Part shown: positions 10,324-20,707 of the stretch, piece after piece
Position numbering within the stretch: position 1 is the first letter of the stretch
How the letters are laid out: the number at the start of each line of letters is the position of its first letter
NCBI GenBank assembly: GCA_963664815.2
Contig: CAXXHB010000003.1
Span: 2,496,001 to 2,560,000 of the forward strand
Direction of reading: 5' to 3'
Length of the DNA stretch: 64,000 nucleotides
Source: Spirochaetota bacterium
Lineage (GTDB): Bacteria > Spirochaetota > UBA4802 > UBA5550
The notes under the pieces: model-generated
The model's database searches: none
Seen by the model: the letters and a program-made list of their open reading frames with translations, nothing else
What the model was told of the DNA's origin: nothing
Position numbers and translations under genes: made by a program

Positions 10324-11559
10324 ATGAAGAAATGGATAATAGTTGGAATCATTTTTATCTTTCTGGGAATAGGATTAGTTGCCTACTATGACTCTTTTGT
10401 CAAACCCGAAAGAGAAGCTAAAGAACTTATCGTTGAGGCAAAAATGTCTTTTGAAAGAAATGATAAGGAATCTATAAACAAGGCAATAGATCTTTTTACA
10501 AAAGTGATAGCCAAATATCCCGGAACAGATTCATCCCTTGAAGCATATTACTATATTGCTGAAAGTTATGAAAAACTTAACCTTAACAGGCTTGCATACC
10601 TTAAATATGTTTATCTGTTAAAAGGGAATCAGAAACTAACGCCCGATATGGAAAAGGAAATAACTGCCCGCATAGCAAGATTGAAGATCATGAAGCGTTA
10701 TGATGAAGAGGGAATTCATTCACTTATGGGTCTTCTTAATTACAGCGATAACAAGGATTTCAGAAGCAGAATTTATACCGAACTTGGTCATACATACCTG
10801 ACGACCGGAGAACTTCAGAAATCAAAGAGAATGTTCGATCTTGCCCTCTCCGAAAACGGGAATAATGAAGAAGCAATACTTGGTAAAGCCAGGGCATATA
10901 AAAAACTTGGAAAGGATGAGCAGGCATATGAGCTATATGACCACTTTCTGAAGTATTATTCCAACTTCAGCAATTATACCGGCGATGTAACAACATCCTA
11001 CACAAAGCAACTATATGAAAGCGGGATTTTAAGTTACAGGAAAGGTAAATATTATCCGGCTATTTCATATTTTAAAAAATACATTTCACAGTTTCCGGGG
11101 AGTTCAAAAACAGAGAATTCACTTTACTGGATAGGCGAATCATATTTTGCATTAAAGCAGTATGACAATGCAGTCTCATATTTTAAAAGAGTTCTTGGAA
11201 ATGACTACTATCAAAAAGATCAGGATGCGTACATTAAAATCGGATATTCATACTTTATGGCGAAGAATTACGATCTGGCATCAAGGGAATTCCAGACTTA
11301 TATAGACAATTATCCAAATGGGAAATATCTCGAGCGGGCAAAACAATGGAAAGAGATGAGCACAAAGGAAATGATGTATAAATACAGGAAAAGCGACAAA
11401 CTTGATACTGATGTTGAAGATGAATCAACTGATGGTGACGAAAAAGACAGTACAGATCAGGGATTATCTCCTGAAAATTCCAAAACAGTTAAAACCGAAT
11501 ATAACCTGAAAGAAGAAAAAGGTTCTGATTACAGCAACGACAATATGGCCGAACTTTAA
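10324..11559 (+). CDS. Membrane-anchored tetratricopeptide repeat protein (CpoB/BamD-like)
   Basis: N-terminal TM segment; TPRs such as SLYWIGESYF and AYIKIGYSYF. Confidence 0.85.
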   Translation: MKKWIIVGIIFIFLGIGLVAYYDSFVKPEREAKELIVEAKMSFERNDKESINKAIDLFTKVIAKYPGTDSSLEAYYYIAESYEKLNLNRLAYLKYVYLLKGNQKLTPDMEKEITARIARLKIMKRYDEEGIHSLMGLLNYSDNKDFRSRIYTELGHTYLTTGELQKSKRMFDLALSENGNNEEAILGKARAYKKLGKDEQAYELYDHFLKYYSNFSNYTGDVTTSYTKQLYESGILSYRKGKYYPAISYFKKYISQFPGSSKTENSLYWIGESYFALKQYDNAVSYFKRVLGNDYYQKDQDAYIKIGYSYFMAKNYDLASREFQTYIDNYPNGKYLERAKQWKEMSTKEMMYKYRKSDKLDTDVEDESTDGDEKDSTDQGLSPENSKTVKTEYNLKEEKGSDYSNDNMAEL

Positions 11560-11575
11560 TAAATCTGCTTATCAT

Positions 11576-11606
11576 AAAAAAACCGCTTATAAAAAGCGGT
11601 TTTTTT
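11576..11606. terminator. Bidirectional intrinsic terminator
   Basis: A7-CCGCTT-ATAAA-AAGCGG-T7 between convergent genes. Confidence 0.85.
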
Positions 11607-12762
11607 ATGGTCTCTCTTTTAATATAATCTGAATATTTTCGGAAGTTTTGTTTCTCCAGATGGTCAGATTTATTGATGAACCAATTTTTTTTGAATTTAT
11701 TATCTGTATCAGGGAGTAACCTTCATTTATAAATTTATCATCAATTTTAAGTATTACATCCCCTTCTTTTATTCCTGCTTTAGCGGCCGGGCTATTTTTA
11801 ATTACACTCCCGATAAGCACACCCTGATTCCCCCGAAGTCCAAGACTTTTAGCGACATCTTCCGTGAGAGGAGCCATACCTACCCCGATATAACCCCTCC
11901 TGATTTTTCCATATTTTTTCAGCTCTATTAAAATCTCTTTTGCCGAATTTACAGGTATTGCAAAACCTATCCCTATATTTCCACCGGAACTTGAATATAT
12001 TGCACGATTCACACCTATCACTTCACCGTCAATATTTATAAGAGGGCCTCCGGAATTACCCTGGTTGATTGCTGCATCAGTCTGAATATGAGAGTTTCCT
12101 GTATCATCGAGCTGTCTCCTTCCGGTTCCGCTGACAACACCTGATGTAAAAGTTTTATCAAGTCCAAATGGATTTCCTATTGCGAGAACAAAGTCGCCTA
12201 TCTTAACATCATCAGAGTTACCGAAATATACAGGTTTAAAATTTCCGCTGCTTTTAATTTTCAATAAAGCGATATCTGTTACTGCATCAGATCCTATAAT
12301 CTGCGCTTCATAAGTTTTCTCTGCAACAGTAACCTTAACAGAATCCACATTCTGTACGACATGATGATTGGTACAAATATATCCATCGCTTGAAATTATA
12401 AAACCGGTGCCAAGCCCGCGGGCCTTCCTGGTTTTGGGGGTATTTTCCTTCATCCCGAAAAATTCCCTGAAAACCGGATCATCAACAAAGGGATTAAAAC
12501 CTTTAATGTTTATAATCTTTTCAGTGCTGATGAAAACCACGGAATCCTTGTACTGGTTGTAAATTTCATGAAATGTATTCTGCATCTCATGTACAACAGA
12601 AGGTTCTGATTTTTTTAAGGGTGATTCCCTCTCAGTCTCAGAAATGAATGAACTGCCGTTTAAATCCGATGATACCCCGATTACAGATAATATTAAAGAA
12701 AGAAAGAAAACTATCTGAAATACATTTCTCATTTTCAGACCCCTGCCATATAGTTTAATCAT
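11605..12762 (-). CDS. HtrA/DegP family serine protease with one PDZ domain
   Basis: GTGFII, TNHHVV, TDIALLK, IQTDAAINQGNSGGPL, then PDZ. Confidence 0.95.
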   Translation of the reverse strand: MIKLYGRGLKMRNVFQIVFFLSLILSVIGVSSDLNGSSFISETERESPLKKSEPSVVHEMQNTFHEIYNQYKDSVVFISTEKIINIKGFNPFVDDPVFREFFGMKENTPKTRKARGLGTGFIISSDGYICTNHHVVQNVDSVKVTVAEKTYEAQIIGSDAVTDIALLKIKSSGNFKPVYFGNSDDVKIGDFVLAIGNPFGLDKTFTSGVVSGTGRRQLDDTGNSHIQTDAAINQGNSGGPLINIDGEVIGVNRAIYSSSGGNIGIGFAIPVNSAKEILIELKKYGKIRRGYIGVGMAPLTEDVAKSLGLRGNQGVLIGSVIKNSPAAKAGIKEGDVILKIDDKFINEGYSLIQIINSKKIGSSINLTIWRNKTSENIQIILKERP

Positions 12763-13286
12763 TCCCCTTCAAACTCAACAAGGTGGAACATTTTGTACCC
12801 GTTATCTTCAAGATTCTTTCTTCCTCCGACTTCAGGCAGGTCAACAATAAATGCCATCTCAATTACAACTCCTCCAAGCTGCTCAACAAGCCTTGCAGCC
12901 GCTATTGCGGTACCCCCTGTTGCAAGAAGATCATCAATAACGAGTATCTTATCCCCTTTCTTTATTGCATCCGTATGAATCTCCAGTGTACTCACGCCAT
13001 ATTCAAGTTCATATTCATACGATAATGACTCATAAGGGAGTTTACCAGGTTTTCTTACCGGAATAAAACCCTTGCCAAGAGCATACGCTACCGCTCCCCC
13101 AAGAATAAATCCCCTTGCTTCAACACCCACAACATAATCAATCTGGGTATTCTTATATCTGTTTACAAAACAATCAATTGCTTCCTTAAAACCTTCAGGA
13201 TCCTTTATAAGAGTAGTGATATCCCTGAACATTATCCCCTGTTTCGGAAAATCCGGTATAGTCCTTATTTTAGATTTTAATGACAT
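12759..13286 (-). CDS. apt: Adenine phosphoribosyltransferase
   Basis: PDFPKQGIMFRDIT, EARGF, VIDDLLATGGT; AAGGAG RBS before ATG 13286. Confidence 0.97.
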   Translation of the reverse strand: MSLKSKIRTIPDFPKQGIMFRDITTLIKDPEGFKEAIDCFVNRYKNTQIDYVVGVEARGFILGGAVAYALGKGFIPVRKPGKLPYESLSYEYELEYGVSTLEIHTDAIKKGDKILVIDDLLATGGTAIAAARLVEQLGGVVIEMAFIVDLPEVGGRKNLEDNGYKMFHLVEFEGE

Positions 13287-13456
13287 TTTTTCTCCTTTCA
13301 TATATTATGAATTTTTATTTTATTTTTTCTGTCGGTTTCTTTTTATCTGAAAAAATATTCAATACCACACCGATGGCGATCAGGCAGAATATTCATTTTA
13401 CACATCAGAATATATATTCACAAATTATTACATTTTTTATTACATAAAAAGCTCTG

Positions 13457-13541
13457 TTCTCCCCGCCGTAGAAGCGGCGGGGAGATATAATCGTTTATTA
13501 TACATTAAAATACATGTTAAGAAATTATTACTGTTTATTAA
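13457..13541. repeat. Intergenic hairpin-containing repeat, copy 2
   Basis: CTCCCCGCCG-TAGAAG-CGGCGGGGAG followed by a tail similar to 3307-3395. Confidence 0.65.
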
Positions 13542-13553
13542 TTAAAGATTCAG

Positions 13554-15032
13554 CTATGATTCAATGTCAATTTTTTTTCTGTTCCATTCATACATAAATA
13601 TTGAAAGAGCTACTGAAGCATTTAACGATTCAATCTTTTCCGATAATGGTATTGAAACACTCTTATCCCGGTAAATCTCCGGCAGCCCCGGACCTTCAAC
13701 TCCTGGAACCAGAATAAAGCTTTCCGGAAATTTAACTTCGGATATATTCTTCCCGTTTTTATCCAGTGCAAGAATATCCAGGCCGGATTTTTCGGCTATT
13801 GAAAAAATCTCTTTCAATGACGGGCCTCTCACAAATTCCATTTCAAAAACAGCGCCCGATGAAGATCTTACAGATTTCGGATGAAATGGATTTGCCGCAT
13901 CATTTGTAATTATTATTTTAGTTATACCAAAGCCTGCTGCGGACCTTACCGCCGATCCGACATTAAGCGGATCCTGAAATGGTATAACCGGAGTACACCC
14001 TCTTTCAATAATTCCATTCCATTCGTTTATTGCAGGGAGAGTGGCAATAAGTACGGGGGTTTTACCCGCCGAAATATCCAGTTCATTATAAAGCGATTTC
14101 TTAAGAATATAAAGCGAGCTGCACTTTCTGAACGATTCTATTATTAAATCAAAATCGCTGTCTGTCTCAGGATAATCATCCGGAAGCAGCAGCTTAAAGC
14201 TATCCGGAGATTTACCGGCCAGAAAATCAGAAATAATTTTTTTACCGGCTATGGCAACTACACCCGTTTTTTTTATTCCATCACCGACTGTAAGCTTTTT
14301 TATCTCTTTAAATAACTTATTATCATCTGATGTTATTGCAATTCCATTAGTATCATGTTCATTTTTCATTATTTTATATATTTTCCTGAATGTATCCTCT
14401 CCTTTCCTGAATAAAAGAATTCTCCTGGAATAATCGGTACCTGGCAGTTTATAGCTTTTATCAAGCTCAAGGATATAATTTTTTTTATTTCTCTCTGACA
14501 GTGATAAGATATCTCCTGTTGCATCCGGCCCTTTGAGGAAAATTACAGCTCCACCTTCAGGGATAAAATGTTCCACCCTGCTTAAGGTTTCAGGGGCATC
14601 CTCAAGAGCTCTTGTAATTACACCCCTGACATTAAAAAATGATTTTTCAGTTACCTTGTGTGGATAAATTTCCACATTTTTCAGTTTTAATGCATCAACA
14701 GCGTGTTTCAGAAACTCTACCCTTTTCCCCCTCTGCTCTGCAAGAATTAAATAAATCCCGGGATTCATTATCTTCAGCGGGATACCGGGGAAACCGGCAC
14801 CGGTTCCTATATCAACTAAAGATTCAGGAAGTGTAAGAAATTTCGTGCAATACACTGAGTCTATGAAGTGTTTAATAATGAACTGATCTTCCCCTTTGAT
14901 CCTCGTCAGATCATTATCATCATTGTTCTCTGTTATCAATTTATAATAAAGGGAAAGCTGCTTTATCTGTTTATCGCTGATTTGAATATCAGCTTCTTTA
15001 AAATATCTCTTAATTTTTAAATCAATCATCAA
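13554..15032 (-). CDS. rsmG: 16S rRNA m7G527 methyltransferase RsmG fused to a TrmH/SpoU (SPOUT) methyltransferase
   Basis: N-terminal KHFIDS, DIGTGAGFPGIPL, TRA; C-terminal QDPLNVGSAVR, GVEGPGL, ESLNAS. Confidence 0.9.
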   Translation of the reverse strand: MMIDLKIKRYFKEADIQISDKQIKQLSLYYKLITENNDDNDLTRIKGEDQFIIKHFIDSVYCTKFLTLPESLVDIGTGAGFPGIPLKIMNPGIYLILAEQRGKRVEFLKHAVDALKLKNVEIYPHKVTEKSFFNVRGVITRALEDAPETLSRVEHFIPEGGAVIFLKGPDATGDILSLSERNKKNYILELDKSYKLPGTDYSRRILLFRKGEDTFRKIYKIMKNEHDTNGIAITSDDNKLFKEIKKLTVGDGIKKTGVVAIAGKKIISDFLAGKSPDSFKLLLPDDYPETDSDFDLIIESFRKCSSLYILKKSLYNELDISAGKTPVLIATLPAINEWNGIIERGCTPVIPFQDPLNVGSAVRSAAGFGITKIIITNDAANPFHPKSVRSSSGAVFEMEFVRGPSLKEIFSIAEKSGLDILALDKNGKNISEVKFPESFILVPGVEGPGLPEIYRDKSVSIPLSEKIESLNASVALSIFMYEWNRKKIDIES

Positions 15033-15136
15033 ACTTGTTCCAGGTTCTTTTCAAAATGTGAAATTTTATTTATATACATAACAATATGTCCATTACTTTA
15101 GATTGCCGGCTTTCAGTAATAGTGATTCTTTTTTCA

Positions 15137-15595
15137 TTAAATATCAAAACTCATCGGGAAAGATGTTACCCCGTTTTTTAACTGGAAATCAGCTATTTTT
15201 CTGAACCCGAGCTTTTCATATATTTTAACTGCTGAAAAGGTCGAATTTACGGTAATTCTGTTTAACTCAGTACTGTTTTTCTTTATTAAACTGATACAGA
15301 TATGAATAAGCATCCCGGCTATACCCTTCTTCTGAAACTCTTTTTTTACAAAGAGGAGATAGATATGATTCATACCGGACATTTCTATATACCCTGCAAT
15401 CTCATTATCGGTCTTTGCGAGTAATATAGTATTCCCTTTATAAAATCTATCCCTTATTGAATCTTCTTTTATAATTTCATAAAAGCTTATTATCGCCTTT
15501 TCAGGGAAATCTGCTGCTACAAATTCGTTAAATACATCTTTTATCAGGTTACCCGCATTCATTATCTCATCAAATTTAATAGCCTCTATTTTCAT
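15137..15595 (-). CDS. GNAT family N-acetyltransferase
   Basis: LFVKKEFQKKGIA, AVKIYEKLGF. Confidence 0.9.
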   Translation of the reverse strand: MKIEAIKFDEIMNAGNLIKDVFNEFVAADFPEKAIISFYEIIKEDSIRDRFYKGNTILLAKTDNEIAGYIEMSGMNHIYLLFVKKEFQKKGIAGMLIHICISLIKKNSTELNRITVNSTFSAVKIYEKLGFRKIADFQLKNGVTSFPMSFDI

Positions 15596-15853
15596 TTCCG
15601 GAATACCATTCCCGTTTAATTGTCAGAATATCATTTTTAAAAAGATTCAGCGGATTATAACAGAGATTATAAATATATCAGTTTTTCAACTATATTATAT
15701 TATAATACAAATAACCCTTACAACAGAGATATTTCAAATTTTTTCTAAATCCCTTGACATACAAACATGAAGTAAAAAGAATGTAGTAATTCTAAAATTG
15801 AACAGAGGTCAGCCTTCCCGCAACCACCCTTTGCTCTATAAATTGGAGACCCA

Positions 15854-16669
15854 ATGAACATCGAAAACTTTTTTCAGAAAAATCAGATTATCAAACTTGC
15901 TGCCTCCGAAAAACAACCTGCACTCAAAGAACTTGTAGCCGAACTTCAGAATCTGGGATTTATTGAAAACAAAGACAGATACTACGCACAGGTAGTACAC
16001 AGGGAATCTCTTGAAAACACAGGTCTTGGAAACCGTCTTGCAATACCACATGCAAGAACAGATTCAGTTACAGAATTCATTTCAGTTATGGGGATCTGTG
16101 ACGAATCAATTGATTACCAGTCTCTTGATAATAAACCTGTAAAGTATATTATACTCAGCCTTTTCCCCACATCTCAAAGTACAAGATACCTTTATTTTAT
16201 CGGAATGATGGCACGAATATTCAATAACAGAGAAAATGACTCCTTCCTCAACGGGAACCCCACTCCTGAAGAATTATTCAATTTTCTTCAGAATAAATGT
16301 GAAGATTACTTTAAAGCTATTTCCAGTCAGGACTCATACAGAGTTAATGAAAATGAACTTATAGGGGTACCATCATCTGATCTTGACCTTATGATAAGGC
16401 TTGATCATCTCAACAACCTCAATGCTGAATTAAATTCACAGCCTGGTATTTTACAGAAAATTGAAGAGATGAAAAAATTAATCGACAACCGGCTGCTCAC
16501 ATATTATGAGAGAATGATAAAAAAGAAAAACAATCCATTTGCAGTTATTGAAAAAAACAGCTGCAGCGGGTGCCATATGGGGATTCCCCCTGTAAATATG
16601 ATAAAGCTTCAGGACAGAGACGGCATTCAGGTCTGCACATATTGCGGAAGATTTCTGATAATGCTGTAA
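15854..16669 (+). CDS. PTS EIIA (Ntr/Fru type) domain fused to a C4 zinc-ribbon domain
   Basis: RE..ENTGLG..LAIPHAR; C-terminal CSGC...CTYCGRFL. Confidence 0.85.
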   Translation: MNIENFFQKNQIIKLAASEKQPALKELVAELQNLGFIENKDRYYAQVVHRESLENTGLGNRLAIPHARTDSVTEFISVMGICDESIDYQSLDNKPVKYIILSLFPTSQSTRYLYFIGMMARIFNNRENDSFLNGNPTPEELFNFLQNKCEDYFKAISSQDSYRVNENELIGVPSSDLDLMIRLDHLNNLNAELNSQPGILQKIEEMKKLIDNRLLTYYERMIKKKNNPFAVIEKNSCSGCHMGIPPVNMIKLQDRDGIQVCTYCGRFLIML

Positions 16670-16696
16670 AAAAAGCTGCCTGCCGGCAGCTTTTTT
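16668..16696. terminator. Bidirectional intrinsic terminator
   Basis: AAAAAAGCTGCC-TGCC-GGCAGCTTTTTT. Confidence 0.85.
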
Positions 16697-16708
16697 ATCT
16701 ATCCGGCT

Positions 16709-17482
16709 TTATCTTTTCCTCACAAATCCTTCAAGCAGATCAATCGGTATCGGGAAAATCGTGGTTGAATTATTCTCTGTTGCGATCTCTCTCAGTGTCT
16801 GGAGATATCGAAGCTGAATAGCAATCGGATGCACCTCCATAAGCGCCGCAGCGTCAACAATTTTTGCAGCCGCCTGAAATTCACCTTCAGCGGCAATAAC
16901 CTTTGCCCTTCTCTCTCTCTCTGCTTCCGCCTGTTTCGCCATGGCTCTCTGCATCTCCTGAGGAAGATCAACATGCTTAACCTCAACAGCTGATACCTTT
17001 ATACCCCATGGATCAGTGCGCGAATCAAGAACAGTCTGTAATTCATTATTAATATGCTCCCTGTTGCTCAGAAGATCATCCAGTTCCGAGTTGCCCAGAA
17101 TACTTCGAAGTGTTGTCTGGGAGAGCTGGGATGTCGCATAAAGAAAATCATCAACTTCAGTAATAGCCTTATTCGGCTCAACCACCCTGAAATATACAAC
17201 TGCATTAACTTTAACAGAGACATTATCTTTTGTAATAATATCCTGAGGGGGAACATCCAGCGCCACAAGCCTCAGATTCACGCGAATAAACTTATCGATA
17301 AATGGAATTACTATAATAATCCCGGGTCCTTTCGGGCCTTTCGGCACAACAAGCAGTCTTCCGAGTCTGAAAATAACCGCTCTTTCATATTCCTTGATAA
17401 TCTTGATTGACGGAATAAGAATAAGGAGTATAAAAAAAATAAGTGTCGGTATAAAACCGAAATCATGACCAAACATTAACAA
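16709..17482 (-). CDS. SPFH/stomatin (slipin) family protein
   Basis: [32 protein letters not shown]. Confidence 0.95.
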   Translation of the reverse strand: MLMFGHDFGFIPTLIFFILLILIPSIKIIKEYERAVIFRLGRLLVVPKGPKGPGIIIVIPFIDKFIRVNLRLVALDVPPQDIITKDNVSVKVNAVVYFRVVEPNKAITEVDDFLYATSQLSQTTLRSILGNSELDDLLSNREHINNELQTVLDSRTDPWGIKVSAVEVKHVDLPQEMQRAMAKQAEAERERRAKVIAAEGEFQAAAKIVDAAALMEVHPIAIQLRYLQTLREIATENNSTTIFPIPIDLLEGFVRKR

Positions 17483-18819
17483 CCTCCATTAAATTTAACT
17501 TTTACTTTTAAAACCATTCCGTTAACTTCCTCGACAACTACCGAATCTCCTGATTTTATCTCAGAGTCAGATTCGGCATTCCATATTTCACCATGTATTG
17601 ATATTTTACCTTTTCCCGTAAAGTCATTCATGGCTGTACCCTTTTCACCGATCATACCCTCTTTTCCGGTTGTAACCTGAGTTTTATGTACATTAATAAC
17701 AGCCCTCACCACGATGAATACAAAAGCAAGTACAACCGCTATCATGGCGATTATTGATGATATTGGAACACCGCCGCCAGGCAGCGGGGAATCAAACAGT
17801 ATTGTTGCACCAAGAAAAAATGACACGATACCTCCCGCAGTCAAAAGACCGAAACTTTGAAATTTTAATTCAAGAATAAATAACACAAATGCGCAGATTA
17901 TAAGAACAAGACCAAGAGCATTAATAGGAATAATCCTGATCCCCATCAGAAACAGGACAAGTGCAACCCCCCCCGCTGTACCCGGGACAATCATACCCGG
18001 GTTCTTCAACTCTATGCCAATTCCTGCAATGGCAATAATAAACAGTAAAAAAATCATCTGCGGGTCGGCAAATCTGTTAACGAATTTCTGTTTCCAGGTC
18101 ATTTCATATATGGTTTCCCTTATATCTTTTGTTCTGAATACAAATGGCAAACCGTTAAGATCAATTTTACGCCCATCCAGCTGCTTTAAAAGATCAGCCG
18201 TATCATCAGCAATAATATCAATCACGCCGGTCTTATATGCCTCAATATAACTGCTGGAGACAGCCTTTCTTACCGCCTCCACGGCCCAGTCGACATTCCG
18301 GCCTCTTTTCTGCGCAAGACTTCTGGCATATGCAATGGTATCATTAAGAACTTTTTTCTCCATTATACCCTCCGGTCCACCCTCTTTATCCTTTTTCATG
18401 AAATCAAGCATCGGGCTTACAGGATGCATGGCGCCAATTTCGGTTCCAGGTGCCATTGCTGCAACATGAGATGAAAGCATAATAAACCCGCCTGCAGATG
18501 CGGCCTGTGCCCCTTTCGGAAATGTATACACAACAACCGGTACCGGCGAAGTAAGTATTGACTTTATTATATCTCTCATTGAATCCATTAATCCGCCGGG
18601 AGTATCCATCCGGAGTATTATAAACTGATTCCCTTCATCTGATGCTTTCTTCAATGCATCTACAATATACTCCGCCACTATAGGATTAACCGACCCATTC
18701 AAAGTAATAACAGCATATTTATTATCAGCACTGAAAGCAGAGGGTGGTATCATAACAAAAGTGATCAGTAAAGCTGACATCACTATTAATTTACAAGAGG
18801 ATAAAATCCCGTTTTTCAT
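17476..18819 (-). CDS. nfeD: NfeD membrane-bound serine protease (long form)
   Basis: DTPGGL, AASAG, TM block and OB-fold HGEIWNA; paired with stomatin. Confidence 0.92.
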   Translation of the reverse strand: MKNGILSSCKLIVMSALLITFVMIPPSAFSADNKYAVITLNGSVNPIVAEYIVDALKKASDEGNQFIILRMDTPGGLMDSMRDIIKSILTSPVPVVVYTFPKGAQAASAGGFIMLSSHVAAMAPGTEIGAMHPVSPMLDFMKKDKEGGPEGIMEKKVLNDTIAYARSLAQKRGRNVDWAVEAVRKAVSSSYIEAYKTGVIDIIADDTADLLKQLDGRKIDLNGLPFVFRTKDIRETIYEMTWKQKFVNRFADPQMIFLLFIIAIAGIGIELKNPGMIVPGTAGGVALVLFLMGIRIIPINALGLVLIICAFVLFILELKFQSFGLLTAGGIVSFFLGATILFDSPLPGGGVPISSIIAMIAVVLAFVFIVVRAVINVHKTQVTTGKEGMIGEKGTAMNDFTGKGKISIHGEIWNAESDSEIKSGDSVVVEEVNGMVLKVKVKFNGGC

Positions 18820-19165
18820 AATACTTACCTGGACAATTATTTTTATACTTTTTTTATTTTATTCCAATTATTATGCAATCATAAGATCTGATTCATTCAA
18901 GTGTATATATTATTTTTTATTTAAAATAAAAAATTTACCGCATTTTATTAACAGTATATTAATATACTGTTAATAAACAAATACTTCAAATATTTAAAAA
19001 ATACCTGAAAATGTAAAAAGTATACTTCAGGATAAATAAATTTCCTGCAAGCCTATAAAAATTAGTTATTGACTGATTTTTATTTAATCAGCTAGATTTA
19101 TATTTTATTATAGTGCATAAAAATTATAAAGTTCATCTGACTAAACATCAAAAGAATGAAATTGA

Positions 19166-19693
19166 ATGAAAATGATTAAAAAAATAATACTTCTGTTCGT
19201 TCTGATCCTGACAATTATCGCCCCGCTGTCACCATCAGAATTTGAACAGCTATGGGGTATGTCTAAATCTGATTTAATTGCCAGGTTTAAGCTTAAAGAT
19301 TATTCAACATTCAAACCCGAGGATCATCCTGAATATAACAACAGGATTATCAAATTTTTCAATTCGATGAATTCTGACGGCAAAACTGCCATCACAATTC
19401 TCAGAATAGATGGAAAACCTGAGACGGACTACTGTTTTTTTAACGAGAAGCTCTATTCAGTTTCTGAAGAGTGGGGAAATGTTGAAAAGGGAAGAGCAAA
19501 CGACCTGCTTAAATCCATTGAATGCAGTTATTCATCAATATCCACTGAAAAAAAGAATCCGGATATTATTTATAGCTTTAAAAAAAATAAAACCAAAGTA
19601 CTTCTTTATACAAAATTTATCGATGATAAATCTGTAAGACTAAAAGTATTCTACTACTCAACCGATCTTTTCAGCATGATGCTCTTCGAATAA
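19166..19693 (+). CDS. Exported hypothetical protein
   Basis: 175-aa ORF with a signal peptide and a WGMS motif. Confidence 0.7.
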   Translation: MKMIKKIILLFVLILTIIAPLSPSEFEQLWGMSKSDLIARFKLKDYSTFKPEDHPEYNNRIIKFFNSMNSDGKTAITILRIDGKPETDYCFFNEKLYSVSEEWGNVEKGRANDLLKSIECSYSSISTEKKNPDIIYSFKKNKTKVLLYTKFIDDKSVRLKVFYYSTDLFSMMLFE

Positions 19694-19804
19694 AATTTTA
19701 ATTTTAAAAAAAGTTTCCATTAATGCTTGACAGTTTTTTTGTACCGAAACATATTTGCCACCGTACTTAAAAACGAATTTATCCATGAAGTGAAGGTATT
19801 TGAG

Positions 19805-20098
19805 TTGGCTAATATAAAACAACAGAAAAAAAGAGACATTCAAAACGAAAAAAGAAGAGTAAAAAATTCTCAGGTTAAATCTTCTATCAGAACAGCAGCT
19901 AAAAAAGTTGTCAGGGTAACAGATGTTAAAGATAATAAAGATACAGCTGTTATCGAAGAAACATACAAATCTTTTATCAAAATGATAGATACGGCAGCAA
20001 GCAAGGGGATTATTAAAAAATCAACCGCAGCAAGAAAAAAATCAAGGTTAGCGAGAAAGGTTAATTCAGCTGTAACATCACTTAATAAAACTGCTTAA
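19805..20098 (+). CDS. rpsT: 30S ribosomal protein S20
   Basis: TTG start, ANIKQQKKR...KGIIKKSTAARKKSRL. Confidence 0.95.
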   Translation: MANIKQQKKRDIQNEKRRVKNSQVKSSIRTAAKKVVRVTDVKDNKDTAVIEETYKSFIKMIDTAASKGIIKKSTAARKKSRLARKVNSAVTSLNKTA

Positions 20099-20107
20099 GG
20101 ATTTTTT

Positions 20108-20380
20108 TTGAATAAAACTGATATCATTGAACTGATTAGTATCAGGACAGGATTTACAAAAAAAAAAGTTGAGATAATAGTTAACTTTTTTATAGACAAA
20201 ATTACAGATGAAGTCCAGAGTGGACATGATGTTGAGATTAGGGGATTCGGAACCTTTTATCAGACAACTCAGGAGAAAAGAAAGATAAAATCTCCAATTG
20301 CGGGTAAAACAATTGATGTTCCTGCAAAAAAGAAAATAGGCTTTAAAGCAAGCAAGATTACTGAAAAAGAGATAGAATAA
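20108..20380 (+). CDS. HU/IHF family DNA-binding protein
   Basis: MNKTDII, VEIRGFGTF, GFKAS. Confidence 0.92.
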   Translation: MNKTDIIELISIRTGFTKKKVEIIVNFFIDKITDEVQSGHDVEIRGFGTFYQTTQEKRKIKSPIAGKTIDVPAKKKIGFKASKITEKEIE

Positions 20381-20453
20381 GGGCGCTTAGCTCAGCTGGG
20401 AGAGCATCTGCCTTACAAGCAGAGGGTCGCAGGTTCGATCCCTGCAGCGCCCA
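20381..20453 (+). tRNA. tRNA-Val(TAC), CCA end not encoded
   Basis: GGGCGCT acceptor stem, D arm AGCTCAGCTGGGAGAGC, anticodon loop CT-TAC-AA, T loop GGTTCGATCCC. Confidence 0.97.
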
Positions 20454-20490
20454 ATAAAAACTCCTGATCATATCAGGAGTTTTTTTATTT
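20454..20490 (+). terminator. Intrinsic terminator after rpsT-HU-tRNA
   Basis: AAAAACTCCTGAT-CAT-ATCAGGAGTTTTTTT. Confidence 0.88.
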
Positions 20491-20707
20491 ATCCATATAA
20501 CAGCTAAAACATTTCGAAAGACCGGTATATATAACAATTACGGTTTAAACTCATGGATGAACCGAGAAGGCTCCAAAGTTGCATAGATACATTTGCCTGG
20601 TTATTTCAGTATTACCGGTACATTTAAATCTTTAGAACCATCCTGAACAGGTCTGTATTTATCCTGCAGACCTGTCTATGTTTCAGGTGATATCTTATAA
20701 TGGTTAA

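Noticed and set aside
19727-19804. N-terminal extension on ribosomal protein S20
   Set aside because: ORF-caller artefact; the conserved start is TTG at 19805.
20381-20700. Classical integrase-driven island at tRNA-Val
   Set aside because: No integrase next to the tRNA and no duplicated tRNA 3' end noticed in the window; only a compositional shift.
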